Part shown: piece by piece, positions 52,288 through 62,803 of the stretch | How the letters are laid out: each line of letters begins with the position of its first letter | Numbering within the stretch: the first letter of the stretch is position 1 | NCBI GenBank assembly: GCA_002633005.1 | Contig: NMRA01000319.1 | Location: forward strand, 227,546 to 291,545 | Origin: Phoronis australis | Taxonomy: Eukaryota > Animalia > Phoronida | DNA: 64,000 bases | Direction: 5' to 3' | Made by a program: the position numbers and the translations under genes | The notes under the pieces: model-generated | Seen by the model: the letters and a program-made list of their open reading frames with translations, nothing else | What the model was told of the DNA's origin: nothing | Databases searched by the model: none

Positions 52288-52538
52288 AATAGCGGAGAGC
52301 TGGGAATTTTAAAGCGACGACGATTATGAGCAAGAATTGAACAAATACTATGAAGAAGCGTACGGGAATGGTGGCCAGAATGAGGAAATGGGGTTGTACG
52401 AAAGCGAGAACAAGTTTAATGTGCTTCTGTGCTTCCGGCTGCGTACTTTTCTACTTTGAGCCTTACGAACTGGATCCTCCCTCGAGAGAAGCGGCCTCGG
52501 GCTCAGCGAGTCAACCCAGTCTTCACAGACGATCCTGA
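52288..52538 (+). pseudogene. Decayed 5' end of a second transposon ORF (putative KolX-like)
   Basis: AACA-ATA-GCG-GAG looks like a mutated ATGGCG start; acidic SDDDYEQELNKYYEEAY..., then after a frameshift GCVLFYFEPYELDP; converges on the THAP remnant. Confidence 0.4.
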
Positions 52539-52576
52539 ATTAAGAGCTGATGTTTCTGAATGATAAATAATGTCCT

Positions 52577-52815
52577 TTATTGAACCAGGCCTTCATCGTA
52601 ACGTCTCCTGTGACTGGAGTCGAAACACCAGTCCTCAAAGAGGGCAGACAGAGTGGCCCCGGACTGAATCGCTTGGTCCACGATGACGTCCCACACTCTC
52701 GTTCGGCGCACGAAGCGATGCCACTTCTGCGCAACTTTGGTGTCCTTCGGAACACCGAGACGTTCTCCGCATGGCTGCTGTTGCTGCAGCCTCCGGAAAC
52801 ACATCTTTTGATCCC
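52577..52815 (-). pseudogene. THAP zinc-finger remnant (N-terminus of a transposase)
   Basis: KRCVSGGCSN...VSVF-[frameshift]-PKDTKVAQKWHRFVRRTR...ATLSALFEDWCF: C-x4-C, FP, W and F hallmarks of THAP present; the LCSxHF motif has decayed to LSALF. Confidence 0.8.
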
Positions 52816-53384
52816 TCTACGAACCTTCTCGACGCTAAATGTACTTTGCTTTCTCTTCACTCTATACACTTTGTGTCTGACCCGAACAGTATGGCGAACG
52901 ACTTGGGTTCAACCCATGACGTTGTACATAATTATTATTTTTTTCAATTTTTGCGTGTTTCTTTATGAGCTGTGCACTAAAGGCACTGAAATCAAGTAAG
53001 ATATGATAATATAATTTATTTTGAGGTATTAGAGTCATGTTGTGTACACTTTAAGTTTTGGTTCCGTCTAGTTTCCGTTTAAGTTACCAGAAAAGATAGA
53101 GGGGGTGTAGTAAGGTAGTGTAGATGTTGTCATTTGTGTCCATTATGCAAAATATAAATTTTGTTACAAAAATGGCAAGTGTTTTGTAGATAAGCGCATC
53201 CGCCTGTGCTTCGCTTGTAGACGTAGGCAATTATCCCTCTTCTGTGCACATGTGTAATGTTTTTGGGTTATTTTTATTTGTCTTTGCTCAATTCTTTGTA
53301 CTTTTCATAAAAATAACTTGTGTTGAATAGAATATACATCAAACTCTATCGTTTTGCAACGGATGAATCGAGTTGTAAGCTCGA

Positions 53385-53568
53385 GCCTACTGAGGTAGTT
53401 AAAACAAATCTTAAATTTCCATCAATTTGACTCAACACCCGTTCAAGAAAAAGCTCTTATCTTGACTTATTTCTGACCCAAGTTATGTCTTAATTTCGAC
53501 TAACTTACCGGATGTTTCAAAGTTTGGAACTTCAGATGAATCTAAGACGTTAAGCACAACGGGCCCCA
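53385..53568 (-). mobile_element. MITE family D, copy 2 (reverse, partial)
   Basis: ACAAATCTTAAATTTCC, TTTCAAAGTTTGGAA and AACGGGCCCC are reverse complements of blocks in 41375-41601. Confidence 0.7.
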
Positions 53569-53790
53569 CGTCTGCAAAACAATTTTCTTATCGCCTGACA
53601 GCTTGGGCTCCATTGAAACCTTTAACTTTAAAATTTGAACTGCAAATCAAAACAGATGCGTGACTGTTTTTGTTTTGAGCGACTACCTGTCCGTATATAT
53701 GCATGATATTTTTGTCTTTTCCTGTTTTCCAGAATGATCTTTGACGCCGCTGTTACTATCCACCATGTAATGAGTAACATCGGATAAAAC

Positions 53791-53851
53791 ATGGCATTCT
53801 ATTGTTTGATGTCAGCTCTTGCACTGTTGGCGGCCGTCGGATCACTTCATG
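53791..53851 (+). CDS. Cadherin-FN3-EGF gene, first coding exon: signal peptide MAFYCLMSALALLAAVGSLH(G)
   Basis: Exon 53733-53851 with a strong pyrimidine tract + ccAG acceptor; AAACATGG Kozak-like start; hydrophobic core; G|GTAAGT donor, phase 1 matches the cadherin exon. Confidence 0.75.
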
Positions 53852-56185
53852 GTAAGTTATCACACGGAATAAAACATAGGTCATTCTACTGTTAAATAAA
53901 ACGATTATCTGTACCAACATAGAAACGATGGGGTGCATGTAGATTATTCGCTAAAAATGAGTGATGTTTCTGACGTTTTAACTATTGTGAACGCCGGTTT
54001 AGTCTTAGGTCCATTTAATAGCATCAACACTGTATGAGTAAGATCACGCAAAATACCGCCCGTAAGACGGGAGGCGAGATCACTTTCGCTTTTTCACTGC
54101 CAATTTCCGTTTGAATAGAAAAAAATGTACACTGTTTGTTATTGTCTCCTTGTCCAGATCAAAACTCGTTGTTTTTTTTTCAGTTTGGAATTGGAACAGT
54201 TCTTTAATAATTCAGTAATTTACAGAAAGCAGAATGTCAGTAGTTTTGCGTAATAATGGGATTGAAGACGAGTATCATTTTTATTCCATTGTAAAATTTC
54301 AATAAAGAAATATTATAAAATACACGTTAATGACATTCAATGCATTTAAACAGTTGAGCTATTGGTAGAAACGAGCATTTACGGATATTATTTTTGTGAA
54401 TTAAGTTTTTGAAAGGATACGTTTCACGTATGGTGTGTGTCACAGAGAGCCGAGTTCATTTATGAAAAATTATTTTTCTTGTGTTACGTGTCACTTAATG
54501 ATGCTACGTCTAATTAAAACCGTGAATATTCAAATTTGTATTAAGCGCCACCTAGTGACGTGCTGGAGAATTGGGTGTATAAGTATAATCAGGAAAAGAA
54601 ACACATTGTAAATAAATTGCGGTTTTAAAGAAAACACCACAACTTATACGCTTAAAAACAACATAAAAAACCTAATAATTCCAAATAGTACGCAATCGTT
54701 GTTTGATAGTGAAATAAACAAATAATAAAAACTGTGCATTGTTTCATTAGGGTAAAGCTAAAATGTTACCACACTCATTTACATAAAAGTAGTCTCCCAA
54801 AAAGGAGACTTTCGCGAGATTGTAATGGTAACTGGTTCTCGGGTGGTTTAAGGCACACTGGAAGATCCGGGGCTGTTTTTAAAATAGAACCTCATTTGCA
54901 TATTCACAATTTAATGAGGCATGGGATCTTTAAATCAATAATAGTCTTTCTATCCTCCAAAAAATGCAAGAAGTTGAATGTGGAGCACGGCGAGCCATGC
55001 AAAACAGTGAAAGCAGATTGGTCGTTAAATTAAGAGTGTTAAATTATGGTAATGGATAATTTCCAGTGGTCGCAACTTCCGTTCCAATAGCCAATGCCTT
55101 TGTGTCGCGTATTAGGGCTGGTCCTTTGAAGCCTATCTTCAACGGTAACACCCGTAAATTTGGTTCCTACAGCATGTTAAGAGTATCGCTCTGAGCCCAG
55201 TAGTGCCCTAAATTGCCAAATGTATGAACTGTTAGGGGTATTGGCTTGCTTTTGTCTACGTCATCGCGAGAATCACCTTTTAATTCAAACATCTGCGAAT
55301 AACACCAGCACGCAATGGTGTTCTATTCAGACCCCTGTTCCATACAAACTTTTGTTGTTTGTTCTGGGATCTCGCGTTGACGCAACATGGCACGAAAAGG
55401 CAGCTTCACTTATCATTTGACGGGCTTACATTTGCGTGATTGAACACGCGTTTTCTTACTTTAATGAAGCTTTGCTAGGACTATCTGGTTAGCCCAATAC
55501 ACCAAAAATAACAAAATTCCATTGAAGTTAGGCTTTAATAAGCGCTAGTCTCGAATAAGCACCGGGTAAAAGCCACTTTAATACACCGTTGTTAAATAAG
55601 TGTCGGTGCGGTAATTCACGACTAACTGCTCAATGTTTTACTGGATAATCTACGACCTAAGGTTAGCTACATGTAAGTTAAAATATCGTGTGGAAATTAA
55701 TGCGAGCGTTAAGAATCATTAGTGATTTACATGTACATGTAATTGTGCTTTTAAAAATGTATGTAACATGTAAAGCCAGTCCCACACTCGTCTGGATACG
55801 GTTGTCAAGTGAAACTACAGTAATTGTTAAAAACAATGTTTATTTATAAAACCTTATCAGACATGCAATGCAGTTGGCAACAACATTCTACAGTAAGTGA
55901 GCACCGGGACTGCAAAACTGACCCTGCCGAATTTGCGCCGGTTTTGAATGAGCGCCGGGTCAAAAGTGTCTTCGAAAAAGCCACTACGCGACAGTACGGT
56001 ATATCTGGCCACTTGAGCTATCCTGAAAGTGACTGTGACTGAAGCTTGCTGAACGTACAGGGCTTACCTGTCGGAGTGTTAAGAGCCCTAGGACATCGTT
56101 CCGCTGACAACGATTGTGCTGACATCGAAAAGTGTCATGTGACCTAACCAGGTTCTGTTTAACATCATGTTCCCTTTTCTTGTAG

Positions 56186-56797
56186 GCGAAATAGTATTCA
56201 CGACACCTCCAACAGGGAAAATCTTTTACCGCGCAGGAGCAGGTGAGACGGTGATGACTGTTCACGCAAAAGCAGACGACGGGAGTAAACTGAAATACAT
56301 CCTGTCTGGTGGGGATGCCGAGTACTTCAATATTGAGCCTGATTCCGGTTTGATTACAACCAACCGTACTATTCTCAAAAACATTGGTGAAGCATACCTC
56401 ACTGCTGTTCTCGCTTCGACCACCAACTCAACTGAGAGTCAGTTTAAGCTTATGAGTATGCGCATTCATGTAACTATAAGAAACGAGCACCCACCGTCAT
56501 TCAACCAGACACGATATCATAGCATAATGTACAGAGGAGAAACTCCCGGAAAAGTTGTTGTGGTAACACAGGCCTTTGACGGAGATTTCGGTGTCGGTGA
56601 TAAACTAGTGTACTCTATAGTCCCGGGTAATTATTCCGGCTATTTCCAAGTGAACAGAAACAACGGAACTGTGACGCTGTTGCGGCCTTTTCCCCCCGTC
56701 GTTAAGCAGTTGGCATTTTCTGTCAGGGTCAAGGATTTCGGCTCCCCACAGTACGAAGCTGAAGTTGACATCACAGTATACATTCGAGATGTCTCAG
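56186..56797 (+). CDS. Cadherin-FN3-EGF gene, exon with two cadherin-like repeats
   Basis: tgtAG acceptor, CAG|GTGAGA donor; LKYILSGGDAEYFNIEPDSGLITT, NEHPPSFNQTRY, AFDGDFG, YSIVPGN..YFQVNRNNGTVTL, VKDFGSP; phase 1-1. Confidence 0.92.
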
Positions 56798-58236
56798 GTG
56801 AGAAGCCAAGTGGGTCACTTTACCTCCATCTGTAACAAAATATACGTCTCGGTGTTACACATGGCAATCCCAGTTACAGCACCCGCGTTCATCCAAACAA
56901 CAAAATTGGGTGATCACACGTACGATCGATCATCATCCCGTTTCGGAGGTAAAGTCGCCCAAAGACGAATCCGACACAAAGAGGGTGTCACGCCACAATA
57001 TCATGCAATGCTGTATCTTGTTGCTAATTTGGGGTCTAGCCATTTTCATTCAGAAGAAAAAAAATTAATTTGACTTTTGTCACTCAAGCTCGTCGCGCCC
57101 GATGAGCAGACATCAGAGAGCGAGCTTGCCACCTTATCGCAAACGATTGTGGATTGCGCAAGAATGCAGAAATTGCCCTGATTAAAAGTAGTCCATTCAA
57201 GCTTCTTGTTGTAGGAGTGGAAAAATCAGACCCGAGAGTACTTTGTTTTGAGTATACGACGACATAATCTAAGAAGTTTGTCTGGCAAGTACCTTATATT
57301 ACAATTTTGCCCACAAAAGTGAAATCGACGGAGTAAAATCTAGGGGCTATACGTTACATCTGGTTGTTATTTACATACTTTATACATAATAATGACAGGG
57401 TACGTGATTCTTACCAAGAACAGAAGACTGTCTACTTATCCACCATCCACCCTTCACAAAAATACTGCCATGTTTGTTTTTTTAAGTTCTGATTTATATA
57501 ATCAAGAAGCTTTTTTGGGAATTATGAATCCCATGAGAAAAAACATTGCTTTGTTAGTCAACAAAAAACACCTGTCGCACAAGGCTACTATCAGGAACGA
57601 ACCCTCGCTGCAGTAAAACATATTAACGTTCAGAGTAAACCTTTGTCTACACTCTCCGCCGTACACAAATTCTTGTACGACTGTCGTGCACGACATGTGT
57701 TCAAACACGACTTTTCGAGTTAAAAAATCGTTCACAAAGCTGCATACAGAAATTGGAGTTAGAAGACATAGTATTATTGTGAAGTCGGCTTTACAGCAAC
57801 CTGTTGAAAAGACAATAGAAAATAACGCAAACGTGCAATCAAAAAAGTTCCAGTGGGAATGAACTGCTTCAAATTCAGCAGCCTTTCTCAGGGTAAAATA
57901 CAAAGAACTGCAACTACGGCGACTGCAAAGTTGAGCCTAAACCTATTCGCTTTGATAATAGCTATGTAATATGCACATTGCTCTCTAAAACTTTAACCTC
58001 TTAACCACACATTTTTATACTTAACCTAATTTTTGGGTTACACGAATCCAACAACTCAGCTTGCTTGCAACATCAAACATTAATATGTGTGTTACGTGTG
58101 CGTCCATTAACAATTACTAGATTATGTTAACACCATTTCACCTTTCCCTGTTCTTTTTCACATTTTCATTTTAAGTTATTCGTTTTTACTCAGTATCACC
58201 GATGTGTGTTTTTCACCACCAGACGTTTAATTTCAG

Positions 58237-58521
58237 CACCACGACGTTTCTGTATGAAACACACGAATTCTTCATCAGCGCTCTTGTGCTGGCAACGCTC
58301 ACTGCATGGCGCTGTCACAAACTACCGCTTGGATTACTGGCCGTCTAGATACCCTTACAATCGCAGTCACGTGCTAATGGACGTTGGCAACGAGAACGTC
58401 AAGTGCTACGTGCTAACCGGCTTATCGCCCTGGACGTGGTACAATGCCAGGGTGTACGCCCATAACTTTGAGGAGTTTAGTCCGTCAAGTGCCATTTTAG
58501 TTTTTCAGGTGGACAACAACG
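58237..58521 (+). CDS. Cadherin-FN3-EGF gene, fibronectin type III exon
   Basis: ttcAG acceptor, G|GTAAGG donor; AP...W...VTNYRLDYW...YVLTGLSPWTWYNARVYAHN...S FN3 signature; phase 1-1. Confidence 0.9.
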
Positions 58522-59767
58522 GTAAGGAACCTGCTTAGCCCCACCCAATACGACCAAGTTTTAAACCAAGCCAAGAAAATTTTGCCACGTATCCAGTCAA
58601 TATTTTGACTACATTAGTCCATTTAAAATGGATACGTTTCAGCATGATCCGACTGAAAAAAACAATTTAGCCTGCGCTCCCAGTCTTTCTGCACGGCCTC
58701 TTTATCCATTCCTCTGTAGTCCAAAGCTTGGTGCATGTCTTATTATATTTAATACATTGCATGTGCTGTTGCTCAAAGCACGTTTCATGAAACTTATCTA
58801 TAGTCTCAAGCAAACAGCCAATCAACTACAATCACTAGGGTCAGGTGGTACGTGATGACATCTTGACATCAATCGAACAACTTTCACCTTGAACTGTGTT
58901 GCACGGTCTCCCCAAACTTGTTGCACCACTGGGTTCATCCAAAACACCTCTGGTATTTTCGTAACCTTAAATTTTCCCTTCGGGGCGCTCCGTATCTGCG
59001 CATGTGCGAACTTCAGTCACACGCACCGTAGTCATTCTCCATTTTCAATGTCACTTGAGTTATCTCACACAATTACTCGCTGCAAGATGCAAACTTTCCT
59101 GAATGCATGCTTGTCATGTGTGGTGTTATCGCATGATTTTCTTTCTCATACTAATATGTAGTTGTCATGGTTGAATTCATCGCGTGCAGTTAATTTTGTC
59201 GTACCCGGTTTTATACCAAGGAATTCTTGCCAAATAGACTGAGTGCAAATGAAGCGCGGGTCATCGCAACACAAACTTAACTTAGACCTCGATAAATTGC
59301 AGTGAGAAAACAATGTAGTATCTATCAAGCCATCTGATATTATCTCATCACAGAATAATACAGGTAATTCCCTAAAAATTCATCTGTAAATGGATTGACT
59401 GATGACGAACTGCAAGATTTTATTAACTATTCACCCATTAAGTGATTTAAGTTCTCTTATGTTCTAGCTTGCACTCACAAAAAATCTTCCACAAAACCTC
59501 CGCTGCATCTGTTAGTAGAGTAAAATGCATACATGCACAATATCAATTCGCGAATAATCAAACCAATGTCGATCCTGGCGACTCACTCGAGCTCCATGAA
59601 GTCTCGCGAGATCAGGCTTATGGTCCAAACGATTTAATCTCTAGAGACATTCGATTTCCACCCTGATAGAACTTGTGTTATCATTGAACTCTGCAAGCAA
59701 TCTTTATTTTCTAAAAATCGTAGCTGCAACGTGAAGAGTTAAATATACACACGTAGGTAATGATATG

Positions 59768-59858
59768 ATATAACGTGCCCGATTTTTGAGAACCAGTTTT
59801 TTCCACTGAATAACGGACATCAAACTGGTTCTCAAAATACGGGCACGTTATATTGCCC
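59768..59858. repeat. Hairpin repeat family F, ~86-bp palindrome
   Basis: ATATAACGTGCCCG.TTTTTGAGAACCAGTTT / AAACTGGTTCTCAAAATACGGGCACGTTATAT. Confidence 0.88.
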
Positions 59859-59879
59859 GCATATATATTTCTTCAAGAG

Positions 59880-60112
59880 TAGATTGTGTGGCCCAGTGGG
59901 ATACGTGTCCTCTTATTAAACTCACAGTCGTGGCTTCGAATGCCTTTCGACACGCTGTTATACCCTCGAGTCAGGTCTATAGCACCTCAGCTCGGTTTTC
60001 ACTATATATTTGTACATACATCAATAAAAATGGTTCCGGGTGATCAGTGCAATGGGCCCGACCGAGAGGCCGGCGTACGTCTTGTACAACGTATACCAAG
60101 CCGTCTGCAATT
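59880..60112 (+). mobile_element. tRNA-derived SINE, copy 2
   Basis: GTGTGGCCCAGTGGGATA head, GTCGTGGCTTCGAAT B-box-like, body collinear with 6520-6750. Confidence 0.8.
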
Positions 60113-60953
60113 GGTTTTTATGCTCATTTCTTACACCACAAATACTTCATACCACTTCTTATTCTCCTCGTTTCAACACTTATTCGTAAACGTTATGATT
60201 ATGAATAATTTACATGGAACAGGTTACACGGAACTTATCCCCCAACGGCCTTTGTTTCGTAAAATTCTCGAGAACCCACGCAAACTTGGTAATGATTGTT
60301 GCGCGCGCAGCTCCCCAGATAAAACTTCCTTGTTTTACTGTTGAATATTTTATGCTCAACAATAGGTAAGAATATTATTTGTAGTATTTTATGTTTACAC
60401 CGCACGTTAACCATGATTTGTGTAGCTTAGTAAGAGTTTGTTTGCAACCAGTACCTTTCCTGATTGCCTCCCCTGTCATCATCTTATTCCCAGACTTCTG
60501 TTGTCTTCGTTCTTGGTTACAGGCAATCGGTCTGTGAATTCCCTACTCTCTGCCCTGACAACTTTCTAATGTATCAAATACTTGTTTTTTTAATCTAAAT
60601 TACTATTAAAGCGATATACACCATGAGTGACTCATTTATTAAACCATATGGCCTTCGATTTTATGACGCTTGCAAAGTCTGCAAAACAGACTTTTATGAT
60701 GGATCTGTAGTGCGGCTTCTGTCTAAAATCCGTTTTCAAAAAATAGAGCCGTACATTTGAATTTCCTTTCGCAGTCAGAGTAGATTCTTTATTTCATCGA
60801 CTCATTTCAATTTTCTGTCCCCGCCATAAGTTTTTGTAGTCGAAAACTGCTGATGTTAGCAAATTTCACGGTGTAGCAATTGCGGAATTTACAGACCGAT
60901 TTTCCAATCTATTTTTAACAGCTTGCATAAATCTGCTTGTTCTTGCTTTCCAG

Positions 60954-61619
60954 TCTGCAACGACACCGCCGCCGTGTGTAGTGGTAACGGACGGTGTAGC
61001 ACGACCTATCTTGAACCGGGCTACACATGTACCTGTGATAATGGCTACTTTGGCAAGAACTGTGAACATTTCGATCAATGTTCACTACGTCCGTGCGCTA
61101 ATAACGGCGTTTGTCGCAATATCTCTGATGAAGTATTTGAGTGCGACTGCGCAAACGGATATTACGGTCGCACCTGCGCACGTGTAAACCTATGCGTTAC
61201 GTCCAACCCATGCGTTAGTGGTGTTTGTAGGAATACAAGTAATAACTTCCGCTGCGAGTGCAGTGGTGGTTCGTATGGACCCCGGTGCGAACACTTTAAC
61301 CCTTGTGTGCTTTCCAATGTTTGTCTGAACGGTGGTAGCTGTCAGAATCTTTCCACTTACAGTTACAAATGCAGCTGTATGAACGGGTATTACGGATCTA
61401 ATTGTGGGAAATTTGATCCCTGTTCAAGGACCCCGTGTCTCAATTATGGTACGTGTAGAAATATTAGTGACACGAACTACACGTGCTCGTGCGCTCCCGC
61501 TTTCTTCGGGCAGGATTGCGAGTATTTCAATCCTTGCGAGATAAAACCGAATCCTTGCCTAAATGACGGCGTGTGCTCCCGGAAATCAAACATTGACGTC
61601 ACGTGCGCCTGTCAGCCAG
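60954..61619 (+). CDS. Cadherin-FN3-EGF gene, exon with 5 complete EGF repeats plus most of a 6th; gene continues downstream
   Basis: tccAG acceptor, CCAG|GTATGT donor; repeated C..C.NxGxC...CxCxxGYxGxxC; phase 1-1. Confidence 0.93.
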
Positions 61620-62099
61620 GTATGTTTAAAAATGTAGTGCCGCTTTGTGTTAGTCTGATTTCCTTACCGTGTGTTTTGCAGAATTGCTTTTGTTTTTGAT
61701 AGTAGTTTCGGAGGACATAAAATTACCAAATACTTACAGTATACTTCGTAAGTCTTCGGTATACTAAGGCCTGCGTTCCATAGACCAAAGACACGAGAAT
61801 AACCAATGTGATCACGTGTCTCGGCTGTACACGCATGACGATAACGATATCTCGTGAAATTTTAGGTGATCTCTCTTTTCTCGTAAGAAGTTTTATCTAC
61901 GGAGCGCAGCCCAGGTCCTTTACTTAAGGACAAGATGTGACATATTACCCGTGAACAACAAAGCTCGGTAGAGACAATTGTTTGTCAATTTCCGTGCGAC
62001 GTTACAGTGTACATTACTAAATATAATAATTTACAAATGTTCGCGATAACGTCGTACAAAAACTGAAGGATATTGTGTTGAATGAGCGTGATTGCATCT

Positions 62100-62803
62100 A
62101 GGCCCGGGATTTATTTTTACTCGAAATCGAATTCGAAAGTATATTGGCATTCAATTTCTTCTTTGGTACGAGTTATTTATTATCCTGCTTTTGGGTTACG
62201 CAAACTACTGAAGAGTCCAAACTCTCACAAACTCTAGTGAAAACTCAGCATTTTGAGCTCAAACTCGAACTTATATTTTTTATGCTTGGGTCATCATACA
62301 CTCTTTCACAGTGCCACGAACGGTGCACTGAGGAATGTTGTTTAACGTGGCTCCTCATTGGTTAAAGTAATGAAACCGACGTCATAACATTCATTTCGGC
62401 TTACTGTCCGACCTTTGACATGAATAGTAGCATTTTATTAAAACGGACAGTGATCGAAGTAAACAAAATCAACTGAGAAAACCCCGACCCAGTGGCTTAA
62501 GCATAAACGAGTACAGTGCATAGAAGGCGTGTGCAAGTGGTGGCGATGTGATCGATGAACTTCTCACCAAGCATGCGCATTGATGCTCACACACGGAATT
62601 CCGTGTGTCATTCACCATGGTTCCACAGGACCACTTTTCAGTATTGGTGGCGCTGTGTCAGAGGGTAGGGTCACCGATGCAAAATAAGATTACTCAGCTA
62701 TATACGCAAATTATATTGTACTCGAGTGCAGAATACTCGATACTTATCATGAATTCATACCAAAGTAGAACGAGTTCGATTTCGAGTAAAACGATCACGG
62801 ACC
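62100..62803. mobile_element. MITE family E, copy 2 (ends about 700 bp apart, probably interrupted)
   Basis: TTTTACTCGAAATCGAATTC at about 62115 vs GAGTTCGATTTCGAGTAAAA at about 62772 (19/20 inverted match); similar to 43584-43970 ends. Confidence 0.6.

Larger units (their letters stand above)
52085..53050. mobile_element. Internally deleted Kolobok-type DNA transposon
   Basis: TTAA on both sides (52081-52084, 53051-53054); TIR ACAGTACACACCATG vs reverse complement of right end AGTGTACACAACATG (12/15); THAP remnant on - strand; second decayed ORF on + strand. Confidence 0.78.

Noticed and set aside
52580-52999. 139-aa + strand ORF
   Set aside because: Antisense shadow of the THAP remnant
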